Source: Iphione sp. A-MEVVRFRX5 (lineage: Eukaryota). Taken from it: a stretch of DNA of 64,000 nucleotides. The notes under the pieces were generated by a model that saw only the letters and a list, made by a program, of their open reading frames with translations, was not told where the DNA came from and searched no databases. Positions 39,401-50,805 of the stretch are shown here, piece after piece. Within the stretch, counting starts at the first letter, position 1, and each line of letters opens with the position of its first letter. The position numbers and the translations under genes are program-made. Location of the stretch: assembly GCA_976226885.1 (NCBI GenBank), contig OZ320319.1:67270001-67334000 (forward strand), given 5' to 3'.

Positions 39401-42400
39401 ATGGCATCACAAGAGGTCACAAACAAGGTGTACAGCACAAGGTATGTAGTACAAAAGTGTTTTCTGATTTTCGGTCCAAGGTAAGTACTTTACAAGTCAA
39501 CTTGACAGGGATTCAATAAAATGTATCTGCTAATGAATAATACGCAATGACTTCATCATGAAACCTTACCTGAATTACATGGACTTACATTACAAGAACC
39601 TTTCTTTCCCCACACGCCAATGCAGATGTGCCCATCGTTGATCTGCCCAGGCCAAGCATTCTTACAGTGCTCCTGGGTGTACACATCAATATGCGCTTCT
39701 TGCAATATCTCCGCCACCTTCCCATTTGGACCGGCTGTGATAAAGATAATTCAGTCAATTCAGCTTTAAGGTATAAATCTATGTACAAGTTTTATCTCGC
39801 ATTTGTATTGATAAATCCGATTTATTTCCACTAATGCTTATTCTAATAGATTTAACAGAGAGACTTGAGAATTTCTATTACAACTTCCCCTCCTATACAT
39901 TAGAGATTTTTCGATGACTAGATTACTACCATTCTGAACATACTTTCCGTGTAGCCCCATCCCGTTATCCAACAGTTGGGGTGGTTGGCAAAGTCATCAT
40001 CCTCCGCGAGTTTAATCGCTGCGATATGCGTTCCTTTAGCTGAGGAGTTCAACTTCATGAGGGCTATATCATTTGGTAGAGATCCGCTCCCACTGCCGTA
40101 TTTAGGGTGCTACTCGAAAAACAGAACTCTTTCTTGATTTCTGTCATACTCAAATGACAAGTAAAGGAAGATTTAGGATAACAACACTGGATAAACATGT
40201 ATGTAACGCATACATAGAGATAGGTATTTATTGATATATGTGATGGAGATAACTGACAGAAATAACACTGTTGTGATTAAAAGATATAGATACTATACAC
40301 ATGTGCATGTCTTGTACGTCCACCACCAGGGGAAGGATCTGGGCTATCTGCACCTTCCTGTCATTGGGGGTGAGGACTTATCCCCATGCACCTAGGCTAT
40401 ATGCAACCTGTTAGTTGGCATAAAACCTACACAAGCATACGCAAGCATACACAAGCATAAACAAGCATACACAAGGTGGCATAGTCCGGGAGGGCCAGAC
40501 CATCCCTGTTCGACCCGCACGTGCCCAGTGGCAGGTCTGGACCGTCTGCACACGTGGGGATAATTACACTACACATATAAAACGTTGTGCAAAAATAGTC
40601 CGGCCATGGGGAGAAACTCTCAAGGGTATGAGACTCTTTTAAAACCTTATAATATGTTTTCTTTCATTGGTTATTGTAATCTTTTTTAGAATAATAAATA
40701 CTACCATGTATTTTGAGGTAGAAAACAGAATATAAAAGAAAGCAGAGCAAAATTTGGGCACTACTTTTTCATTTGACTGTAGTAATACACCAAAAACCTT
40801 TGTGTTCAGTCAAGCAGAACTGAGGGTTGTAAATAGTAGATAAGGCAGGGTCAGGGAGAGAGAGTATGTGTGTGTGTCTGGAGGGGGGGCGGCGAAGGCG
40901 CTTGTTCAATTAAAATTGCCTTGTTTGGTCTAGCTGGGTAGTCCACCACAGGAAGGAGGTCTGGATAGTTTGCACACATAGGTATAGCACCTTACTTTTC
41001 ATAAAACATAAGAATGGGGACCTACACAATACAGTGGAGTCTCTTTTTCCGAACTCTGAGATTTCTGACCAAAACGCCCATTCGGACCATTTGAGCTTGG
41101 AACCAAAATTCTGCCTATAATCAATACAGGAGGTGATCAGTTTCCGACCAAATCGATTTCCTACCGATTTCAGCTTCCTACCAATCTATAAAAGATCAAT
41201 TGTGGTATATTTAACTATCAATTTAGGACCATTTGAACACTCTGATGTACCTCACGCCCTTGAGGAACTGGTTGGGAGAGGCCGGGGGCATCAATGGTTA
41301 CCACTCTGATGTCTCTCCTCTGTTAATGACTGAAAAAGTGGTCGAGAGAGGCCGGGGGCGTCAACGGCGACCTCTCTGATATTGAAAGGGATATTGTCTC
41401 CAGCCCAAACCCCCTACTCAATCGATTTCCGACCATTCTCGCCATTCCTACCGTTTGAGCTCGGAACAGAGTATATAGGGGTCGGAAATAGAGACTCCAC
41501 TGTAGTTAATCCATCTGCATCTTACCGATATAATGGAGGCTATACTATATGTCTGACCTCCTTTGCTTTGGAAGTTACTGCCAAAAAGTACGGAATATCT
41601 TCGCCTGTTGAAAAAATGGATTTATGATTACATAATAGTAATAAGCAGCCGCCTGAACTGGAATTGAAGGTAGATTGATCGGCCGTATCCTTCCTCCCAG
41701 TCTCGTGACATAAACGTGTCTTATTTCACTACTGCCTCCATCTCACATGACACAGACTGTCACCCCACCATTGTCACAGTCTTGACCCAAGCAGAAAAAT
41801 TGATCACAAATAGCTATTAACCATCGGAACAGAGTATATAGGGGTCGGAAATAGAGACTCCACTGTAGTTAATCCATCTGCATCTTACCGATATAATGGA
41901 GGCTATACTATATGTCTGACCTCCTTTGCTTTGGAAGTTACTGCCAAAAAGTACGGAATATCTTCGCCTGTTGAAAAAATGGATTTATGATTACATAATA
42001 GTAATAAGCAGCCGCCTGAACTGGAATTGAAGGTAGATTGATCGGCCGTATCCTTCCTCCCAGTCTCGTGACATAAACGTGTCTTATTTCACTACTGCCT
42101 CCATCTCACATGACACAGACTGTCACCCCACCATTGTCACAGTCTTGACCCAAGCAGAAAAATTGATCACGAATAGCTATTAACCATCGGCAACCTCATT
42201 TACCGCATGTCAGCGTGAGGGCCACACAGTTACCACTACGGTCTTGATATCAACAAAACATCCACACATCGGCCCTAGAAAGGTCACTCGTGGCTTTTAA
42301 CCCCTTCCTGATCACTCATAGGCTTATCCGCCCAATTGGGTGGATAAGCCTACAGATACATAAACAGAAATCTACATGAAATCTGGGCATTGTTTCTCCA

Positions 42401-45400
42401 AAATGTGGATGGATCTTGTACTAAAGGGTGTGTTATTTAACTAGCCCTAAAATTATTGTTTCATAGTTTCTGGAATCACCAAAGTGGTCACATGACTATG
42501 CCATAAATTATGTGATTACCATTTTTGCAAATTATCTCCTATTTGGACCATTAGTAATTATCTATAGCACACATATTTTATGTAAACTTCTATTGAAACA
42601 AAGTAGTTTTGTTGAATACTCCTCTAAATTGGGTTTGTTTTAATCATTTTTAAAAGAATTTTTGAAGTTATTACTTTGAAAATGTGAAATACATTGAAAA
42701 TGCAAGGAGATTTTCTGTTACAGTCCTACTTTTGCATAGACACTGACATAACAGTGTAGCACGTAATAATATAAATGATGTTCATATTTTACTTAGACAG
42801 ATGACAACGTGAGGTGAGTGCGTGACCACTGTTGGAAAATGTTGGTAGAACGTCATACTAAAAGAAACATTTTAGTTAGAAATGAAAGTTATATCAATTT
42901 TAAGTTATTCTATACTAAGACTAATAATTTGGTGTTAACACTGTTTCCATGGAAATCATGGAATTTCTAAAAAAAAAAACATACCATTGCAGGCATCATT
43001 TACATTGTTTTTGATGCAAACCTACATCATCTCTCATTGTCATAGAAACTGATTAGGTCCATGTATAATAACAAATTATGTATCAAAAGACTTTAAATAA
43101 TATACTGAGCACTTTATTAATTAAACATTTCTCTCTAGAAACAATATTTTCTGGTGTTTTTCTACTGATGATGTAAATTAGTGTAAATTTAGTGTAAATT
43201 TAGGTGATCATATTTCACATTCAATGCTGTTCTGTTGCCATGGTAACCAATTAAATCAAACAAAAAAACCCTGGATATAAAGTACAAATCATATGCTTTC
43301 ATATGGTATATAACATTACAAATTGTCTGCTATACTAAAAACTACAGGTGAATAGGTTATACTGGCCTACATTTACCTTTTCAAATCACACTATTTCTGG
43401 TGGTCAGGAAGGGGTTAAATAGTGGCCGGAGCCAACTTCTATTTCAATATCAGCAGGCCATTTGGCAGTTGACCACGGAAATCTATGTGAGCAGCCTGAG
43501 ATACAAAATACAGACGCCTACCGGACTTATCGACGCAAAAAAGTGCAGTTAAAGATGCACGCCAAAGAGGACCAATGAAAACAATCGCAGCAAAAGCTAC
43601 CTATATCCGACAGGCTGTTCATCAGAAGGATCTTGGACGCCGGTTAGCAGTTTCCGAAGCTATTGTCGAGTTTGATAATGATGAAGGAGAAGGGCTCTCG
43701 TTTGCCTCTTAAGACGGAAGTAGATACATTCGTCGAAGAGGCCAATTCAGTAACTGTTCATTCCTGTTTGATGGGGGGGAGAGCAATGACTCAAGCATGT
43801 GTATAGGTCATGCTCAGATTCTTCTGAGGTGCGCCTGATCTCTATAGTTCCCTCGTTTCGCTATGTCCACTTACATCTGATACTTAGCCTGATGTTCTTG
43901 CCTCTTGATTTTTAATCAATTATGCATGAAATACACCATGAAGGGTGGGCTTAGAGATGGAGTGCCACGTGAGAACTCTTGCTAATCCAGTCAATACCAA
44001 TCTAATAAATAGGATATATCAGATACTAACGCACATCACGAGATAGAGACTGGGCTGGCCCAACAATCATTACGGCAGTTCTCTTCACTATGCTTCCCAT
44101 ACGTACGTACAATACAGTCTGGCCGTAGTGGTAAGCTTTGATTTCTTGCTGATTTTGAAATTAGTGAGGTTACCTCTGGAGAGAGAGGTTATGTAAAAGG
44201 TTTCACCAAATTCTCACAGGAATAATGTAATCTTTGTAAGCGATATAACCTCTTCATGAATAGCTTCTATTTCATATGAACATAAATTGGCCCAGACCAT
44301 AACAGGTCGAGCAGGTGCACCAATAAGGGTTATTTTTTTGTGGTGCTACTGTATGTTCCTTTGTATTTTGCTTCACGAAATCTTCCAGTTAACAGAACGC
44401 TTTCACAATATGCACCCCGTTCGGTTGAGCAGGGATTATTCTATAACCATGTGTGTGCATATGTGTGCAAGGATGCAGGGATCAATTATTGTACGAGGTG
44501 TACATAATGACTTATGGACTACAATAGCTTGTACCTTCTTTGTATAGTGTTGTATAATGTTCTTTTTTATGCATACAAAATAGGTGCCTAAACATTGAAA
44601 TACATTTGATTTCACAATACATTTGTGAAATATTTGTATGCAGTGGAGAGACAATGCTTCATAACGATTAGCTACTTTGGGTTTGAGAGTATGTCTAGTT
44701 CCCCTTTTCACCACTAGGCTATTATTACCCTCCCTCTTTTAAAACGGCTGCCGGAAGTAGGCTGAAAGTAGACCGGTCAAGCAGTTCCTTCCTTCCTTAT
44801 GACAAAATAGGTTATTTTTGTATATATGACCCTCACAGAAGTATCTTTTAGAAAGACTCGTTGTACAAGATTATTAAATAGTATAAGAATGCTGTAAGAA
44901 GAAAAATATTTGGAGACAGCTGCACTCCTTTTTCAGTTGGTGTAGTGATACTATCCTTCTTATACATCTGGGTCACATATGGCAACTGTCACAAACATAG
45001 AGACAAGCTGACCACACATTTGCCGGTGCTGCCTAGTCATCGAAGTGGCCTTCCCCGGCCGTGACTCCCGGCCTACGGCCAGTGAGACGAGGGGGATATA
45101 TCAAGTAGTAGCAGGATGACGGCAGCCAATCAAGTTGACCGCAGACTGACTCGGTTACAGCATGGCTCGGCCGCTCACCAAGTCGGCCGCTAACACATGC
45201 GAACTAGCACGAGAGTGTGTGTGTGTGTGCCTGTGTGTGTACACAACCAGTGCAAGCGCCGAAGGCGCTTGTGCCTCTAAAGATGCAGTACAAACGGGGG
45301 CGGGGGGAAGTTCCGGGGCAAACTCGATCAATAATGCATCACCAGTAAAAGTTGAATAATGTGTAGTGCTTCATTCAGAAGGCAAATAATGGTTTGCAGT

Positions 45401-48400
45401 GAATTAAAACACCCAATAACGCTTCACCAAAATAGTTGCCCCCTCCCTGTGTACTAGATGTTATATGCACCTGTAAGTAACTATAAATTATATGAATTCA
45501 TGTCTGGATCATAGGTATGAAAAAGATTGTTACATCACATTTCATCAGTAGCAAGTTCTGGCAACTTTCAAGGCTATGGTTTTGGCAATACGCAAGGTTA
45601 ATTTAATATGGGAAACTTACTGCAGGTGAGACTTTTGCCCTAGAAGCTTTTTTCCACGCATTTCATCTGGCAATAAACATTTAGCCATCTGTGATGTCGC
45701 TTTTCAAAAATAGAGATGAGCTCATGTCCGAGGCAAGAATTGTCGCTTTTTGTCCAAGGATATTGGTGCATCTTCAATGGATTTTCTTATTTTTGATGGT
45801 GCCTAATGGAAATGGTATTTCACAGGAATGTGCTGTAGCTGACATGGTGCAATCAAAAATGGTAATGGTGATATCAAGGAAATTTCAGTTTGATGGGCCG
45901 TTTGGAAGATATGTTTTCTATATATTTATGGCATGTATGATACTTTCTCCTATCTTTCTCTCTTTTTTCTTTCTCTTTTCCTAGTCCGCTCTTCCTCCCT
46001 GTCCCTCTCTTTCTTTTTTTTTATTCTCCCTCCCTTTCTCTCCCTAGGCATAGCCCGGTACTGTAGTCTTCTCCTGGTGAGAAAAACAGAAACTAATATA
46101 ACCCCTGGTGGAAAGGTGAGGAATAGGCAGTCCATTGATACAACCTACCTAAAGAAAATACTGCAGAGATACAGGCAAGGCAATAAATGATATTTTATTT
46201 TTGACGCACAAATTATGTATCAGTCATCATCTTTCCTAAAGATATTTCTAAATACATGTACAAATAAAATAAGTCATACATATTTCTAAAATCAGACCAC
46301 TGTAAGATGAAACTTCACTAAGCATGGACTACTTTCAGGAGACTTTTTTTTAAAAGGTAGTGTAAAATGCATGTACAAAGGAATAAACAAGGATGTTTCA
46401 TTCATCAACTATGAGGCCAAAAAAATGCATGTGTTTCTGGTTATGATCAGTTCAAAACCTAGGTAGGGAGGGGGGAATTTTTTTTTTTCAATCTTTTTTA
46501 GTTCCATCCTTTGGTTTTCAACAATCATAAAGACAATATGAAGGAGGCCTTGCATGGTCACTTACATCACTACATACCTTGCACATAGGGCACACAGACA
46601 AAGGGGCCTCTACCATGTGTGCAGATCAAAAAACACATGCAGGGATTCTGCACAAAATGCAACAGATGTTAGACAGGTGTTTCCATAAATATGGGTCATT
46701 CATACTGTCATATACATGTATATCATTTATATATATTTCATATAGGCCTAGTTATCATGTTGAATTATGTATCCAATTTACATACCGTTTGCATAAAAAA
46801 TGCACAATGTCCAATGATATGCCTCACTTTCCACAAAAAACCCACACAATTTCCAGAGATATGCCTCACTTCACACCAAAAAAAGCATAGTTTCCATGGA
46901 TATACCTCACTTTCCACCAAAAAAACACACTTTCCACCAAAATGCCTGTTTCGCTTCTTCTCTGTTACTTACTGACATTGTGAATTGCCTTCGATGTATG
47001 TTTTCACAGCCATGACAGTGTGTATTTTGGGGAACCATGAATCATGCAAGCACTGTTTTCTTACAGGTATATGCATACAGTATGTACAGTATGTTTCCAT
47101 TTACATACCACCATAATTTTGGATTGGAAAGGTTCCCATGTTTCATAGCCATGTGTGCATGTTTATGTTTCCTATAAAATGGAATGTCTTGAATGTAGAC
47201 AGCAAATTTTTGAGAGCGTCTCCCTACGGACACCCTCAAAGGGTAGGGTTTCAAGCCTCTGTGCTTATTTTTGCGCAAATTTGGGGCTGCATAAAGTCTT
47301 CAGAAGTCATTTTTAAAGGTAGAAATGAATAACCCATGTGGACAAGGTGTTGTCCTGTGAATTTGGGCTGCAGATGGGCCACAGAGATTGTTTTGGTACT
47401 TATACTTGAAAAAATCCATGTGAACCCTTATCCTCCAATTCAGTACTTTTAGGACTCTTACTTGTCTAATTCAGTACTTTTTGTACATTTACGCGGCAAA
47501 TTCAGTAATTTTTGGACTTTCACTCATCATATACAGTACTTTTAGGACTCTTAAACATCAAATTCAGCATTTTTAGGACTTTTACTCGTAAAATTCAATG
47601 ATAATGTATACACATCTCATACACTACTCAGTGATCTATAAGCAGGACACTTCTCAAATGCGGATGATTCAGTGAAGAACTGAGGATGTCCAGAATCAGG
47701 AAGCTTGACTGTATTTTACAGTCTACAGTATGTAAAATACACACATATGGCTAAGCTGCTGTTGAAATGTTTACTCATGTCTTAACACACTCCTGGTACT
47801 GCAGGTGTGTCTGTAAAGTACATGTGCATAGAAAGACCGCCTAATTACTCTCTCTCCGATGTCATGCACACATTCAAGCACAGGAAGCTCAGGCAGTTCA
47901 AGTGGTTCGACTCTCCTCAGGCATGCTGACTGGGAGCTAAGGTTAGTTAGGAATGAATTTGAGGAAAGCAGTACAAATGTTGGAAGACAGAGAGACAGTG
48001 ATACAGTGAGAAAAGCAATCAGACACATTCATTTATAGCTGACCTTAGCTAACACCTGACCAGAACTTGCCAATCAAAGGCCCTTTTGCAAACATCGCAG
48101 AGGGTAATTAAGGTGATAGCATCACTGAGCACAAAGTTAAAGCAAACGCACTTTGAGCAAAACTACATGTACCATGAAAATTGTTACACTACCTATATAA
48201 AACGTTGCCCGAAAGTAGTCCGGCCATGGGGAGGTGGTCTCCTAGGTGTGAGACTTCTCCTAAACCTCATGTTTTCTTTTCTCCTATATGTTATGTTACT
48301 CTTTTCAAGAATAATTGAAACTGCCACATGTTTTAAGGTAGAAAATTGAATATAAAAGAAAACTGAGCAAATTTCTGGCACTATTTCATTAGATTGTAGT

Positions 48401-48533
48401 AATACACCAATGACCTTGACCTCTGTGTCCAGTCAAGCAGAACCGAGGGTTGTAAATGGTAGATAAGGAGCTAAGAAAGTCTGTGCACACATTCTGTACT
48501 TTGACCCCTATGCCCCCCCCTCCCCATGAAACC

Positions 48534-48592
<59 letters not shown>

Positions 48593-49027
48593 CACGTGGA
48601 GAGCGCACATACACCAGTGCGAGTGCTGAAGGCACTTGTTGCACTTAAAACAGTACCCTGATAACAAAGTTTCCCACAACGACGACAGTCATATTTATGC
48701 ATAAAATTCATGTTATTCGCATTTTTCATCTCAAAACTAGACGTGTGTTGATTTCATCTCGAGATTCAACATATTTTAAAAAAACTAAAAGACTTTATCG
48801 ATATGTATATGTTGTGCTTACGTGCTCAGTTGAGAACAGTGAGCGGCCGTCAATAACCAGTTTTCGGCTATAAGTGAGCAGCCGCAAGCGTGCGAACCAT
48901 CCACCCGCAACGAACCCTGCCAGGGATATTTGCCGTCTTGAGTTACGTCATTCCCACCGATGATCAAGGGAAGGTGCCATGCATTTGCTTCAGCCCAAAT
49001 AGCCACTGCCAGTAGAAGGAGAAACAT
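30321..49027 (-). CDS. Secreted chymotrypsin-like S1A serine protease (252 aa; resembles annelid fibrinolytic/digestive proteases); exons 49027-48822, 41967-41889 (duplicate 41604-41526), 40109-39944, 39734-39589, 30482-30321
   Basis: All junctions are GT-AG and in phase (2,0,1,0); the CDS totals 759 nt. Signal peptide, IIGG mature N-terminus, LTAAHC (His), NDIALMKL (Asp), GDSGGP (Ser), and cysteines for the four canonical disulfides. AATAAA on the minus strand at 30083-30088. Confidence 0.95.
32012..32245. repeat. Two adjacent short tandem duplications (29-bp and 53-bp period)
   Basis: GGTAGTAAAAGCAATTAAGTACAGAC at 32012 and 32041. CACCACAGTGTTCACCAACTTTCCAGGTCTCAGCTCTATACCTTTCATATTTT at 32140 and 32193. 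Confidence 0.9.
32340..35720 (-). mobile_element. Decayed CR1/L2-type LINE ORF2 in protease intron 4, interrupted by a repeat-rich insert (~33620-34680)
   Basis: Minus strand: [17 protein letters not shown] and IRGAKGDYV (34700-34840), NYHPVSVL (~33350), FFDFSQAF (~33150), [10 protein letters not shown] (~33010), VYAGN (degenerate YADD), [10 protein letters not shown] (32700). Weak endonuclease-like motifs at 35200-35700. Confidence 0.75.
33793..34030. repeat. ~62-bp minisatellite, about 4 copies
   Basis: Units start GTTC(G/A)TGGT at 33793, 33854, 33917 and 33980; they share ATAAGG.TAAG..AGACT...CTGATGC.C.CTGTA. Confidence 0.8.
35796..36244 (+). mobile_element. Possible solo LTR containing a GT-rich tract
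   Basis: Terminal inverted motif TGTTGATGTAG...CTACATAACA, TTATAAGA at ~36105 and AATAAA at 36182. No exact TSD. Confidence 0.5.
38200..38400 (-). mobile_element. tRNA-derived SINE-like remnant
   Basis: Minus strand GCAGGTTCAATCCTGGG (~38375-38392) resembles a Pol III B box. The body TACTCTT.TTTCAAATAAGT..TGGGTT..TGTGCA..TCCTATACAC resembles conserved invertebrate SINE domains (recognised from memory only). Confidence 0.35.
39589..39734 (-). CDS. Protease exon 4
   Basis: CAG|(T)[13 protein letters not shown]...[14 protein letters not shown]|GTAAGT. Confidence 0.95.
39944..40109 (-). CDS. Protease exon 3
   Basis: TAG|[20 protein letters not shown]...[10 protein letters not shown]|GTATGT. 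Confidence 0.95.
40429..40475. repeat. 10-bp minisatellite (ACAAGCATAC)n
   Basis: About 4.5 copies with single substitutions. Confidence 0.85.
40563..40915. mobile_element. Unclassified dispersed repeat, copy 1 (copy 2 at 48183-48647)
   Basis: TTACACTAC..ATATAAAACGTTG..AGTCCGGCCATGGGGAG...AGTAATACACCAA...CAGTCAAGCAGAAC.GAGGGTTGTAAAT.GTAGATAAGG is shared by both copies. Both end in a microsatellite and GAAGGC(G/A)CTTGT; a related end lies at 45250-45285. Confidence 0.8.
41032..41502. mobile_element. 471-bp Tc1/mariner (pogo/Tigger-like) MITE with TA target duplication
   Basis: TA|CAGTGGAGTCTCTTTTTCCGA ... TCGGAAATAGAGACTCCACTG|TA. The TIRs are 21 bp with 1 mismatch. Confidence 0.88.
41526..41604 (-). 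CDS. Protease exon 2, copy B (identical duplicate)
   Basis: Same sequence and splice sites as copy A, offset by 363 bp. Confidence 0.85.
41889..41967 (-). CDS. Protease exon 2, copy A
   Basis: TTTTTTCAACAG|...|GTAAGA. 79 nt encoding (T)[26 protein letters not shown], which bridges AAHC to HPKY in frame. Confidence 0.88.
42301..43414. mobile_element. 1114-bp non-autonomous piggyBac-like element
   Basis: TTAA|CCCCTTCCTGA ... TCAGGAAGGGG|TTAA: perfect TTAA duplication (42297-42300, 43415-43418) and CCC-type TIRs. No transposase ORF. Confidence 0.88.
46412..46545. mobile_element. Partial copy of the 25598-25954 MITE family
   Basis: AGGCCAAAAAAATGCATGTGTTTCTGGTTA...AAAACCTAGGTAGGGAGGGGG...GGTTTTCAACAATCATAAAGACAATAT. 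Confidence 0.75.
46818..46940. repeat. ~42-bp degenerate minisatellite, about 3 copies
   Basis: ATAT(G/A)CCTCACTT(T)CCAC.AAAAAA at ~46818, 46861 and 46901. Confidence 0.7.
47437..47598. repeat. 31-bp minisatellite, about 5.2 copies
   Basis: Units start at 47437, 47468, 47499, 47530, 47561 and 47592. Consensus AATTCAGTACTTTTAGGACTCTTACTC.TCA. Confidence 0.88.
48183..48647. mobile_element. Unclassified dispersed repeat, copy 2, containing (GA)n at 48537-48590
   Basis: Colinear with 40563-40915. Confidence 0.8.
48822..49027 (-). CDS. Protease exon 1 (signal peptide to AAHC)
   Basis: [25 protein letters not shown]...[10 protein letters not shown]; donor AC|GTAAGC. Confidence 0.95.
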
Positions 49028-49073
49028 GCCGCCGTCTTCGTAGGAGAAGGGTCCTCGTTCTCCTTTGGGACCA

Positions 49074-49081
49074 TTTATATA
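49074..49081 (-). promoter_or_regulatory. TATA box of the protease gene
   Basis: TATATAAA on the minus strand about 47 nt upstream of the ATG at 49027. Confidence 0.7.
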
Positions 49082-50760
49082 GAGCACGTAGAGGGGAAGG
49101 CCAAAAATCCTAGCAATAAATTTCAGCACGAATGCCAAACAGTAAGAATGAGCAAGTTGTATCACTTCCAAGATTGCTGCATAAATTGAATAATTGTAAC
49201 GATTTCATCACCATGTGAAATTGAGGTATTGCTTATGAAGCTCCAGAAGTATTATTCAACAACGAAATTAATGCTTAAATTTTACGGTTTTATCTATTGT
49301 GTCGTGTGCTCTTTTTCAGTGTGTTATCAAGAGCCAACATATGGGGTGGATCCCATGAGGTTTTTGATGTTTTGATTGAAAATATTTTTTAAAACGTTCA
49401 CTCACAGCACGGTGCACACAGTGGTGGCTAGTGTTACGAAAACGCTTGTGGAGAATTTCTACTTTCAAACATATTTCCAGAGCTTTGATATGTAATCGCC
49501 ATGTGTTCTCAGAGTTTCTTCTTTCAATCATAACAATATCCGGAAACATCTTCAGTCGAGAGCAATTCTGTAGTAGTCTCGAGCGACTCTTTCGCTGTCT
49601 CAGAGAGCTTTCTTGGCAGAAGGAATCTCCTTTAAAATGCACTGCTGCAAAAAGCCTTAGGCTAAATTCCTATGTGAACATGCATATATGTATTCCATGC
49701 CTATATGTGGAGATGTTTATGGAAACATAAGGGAAAATAGTGACGGGTTCATACCAAAATGTATGTTTTGATACATTTGTGTTGTAGATAATCTCAAAGT
49801 ATGATAATTATAGTTTTTGAATATCTGTTGACGGACATGTCTACAATATGGACTCATCTCAAATGCGGATGCGTAATTTTCACTCAAATCTCTCTGTAGA
49901 CAAGGTGTTGGCATGAAATTCATGCAAATCCCCCCCAAATAGTAACATTCATGCAAATGTGGCCAAAAATGATGAAATTCATGCACATTCAGTTAAAAAA
50001 AGGGCAAGATGCATGTAATTTTCACTGCCCATCCCCCTGAGGACAAAGTGTTGAAGGGATATTCCTCATCAAAGATGTGACCACGGGTGTTAGCACGACC
50101 TTTCAGATGTCCATGCTCAAAATTCTGAAGGGATATTTATTCTTTAACATGTGACCAGAGCTGTTAAATTCATGCAAATTTAGCCGATAAACAGCGAAAT
50201 TCATGCAAATTTAGCCGAAAAATAGCAAGCTTCATGTAATTTCCAGTCTTTCCTATGCTACTGATAGACCTCGTCATGTGGCAATGTCTGAAATGCGGAC
50301 AGCTTAGGGAAGAACAGAGTGTCCATAATCAGGACATTCCATTATGAGGATCTTGGGTAATTTTTTAAAATTGAATATTGAAATAAATGTTCTATCAGTC
50401 TATGACACTGGAAGTTTTGGCCAAGCTTGCAACATTGCCGACATATATTCATGCATGTGTGCAATGCTATCAATGCTGTTTTCATTGGTTCTGCATCCGT
50501 GTACAAGGATGTTGCATATCTCTACGTTCCTCCATGTATTTAACATAATCATGTTTTGAGGTTTCTCGAATTGTAGCACTATGTGCAGTAGATAAAATCC
50601 CCAAAGGGCGCTGTATATGAAATAATGAGTATACAGTGCCCTATGAGGAGTTTGATCTAATGTAAAGCCCTTCCCCCTCGCAGCTGCGTTATTTGTTGGT
50701 TCAGTCTAGAGAATTGGGAATTCCAGGGGCTTGCTTGTACTACCCAGTTAAAGAGGTTTG

Positions 50761-50763
<3 letters not shown>

Positions 50764-50803
<40 letters not shown>
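50764..50803. repeat. (GA)n microsatellite
   Basis: About 20 uninterrupted GA units. Confidence 0.95.

Positions 50804-50805
<2 letters not shown>

Larger units (their letters stand above)
41461..42190. repeat. 363-bp near-perfect tandem duplication spanning the MITE right end and protease exon 2
   Basis: 41461-41823 matches 41824-42186 with one visible mismatch (A41808/G42171). TCGG microhomology at 41461, 41824 and 42187. Confidence 0.95.

Noticed and set aside
39564-39572. Second strong donor (CAG|GTAAGG) 19 nt downstream of protease exon 4
   Set aside because: Using it would shift the frame before GDSGGP, so it cannot be supported as a functional isoform without RNA data.
47437-47598. 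Regular 31-bp period resembling a CRISPR array
   Set aside because: Units abut directly with no unique spacers, there are no cas genes, and the context is a eukaryotic intron. It is an ordinary minisatellite.
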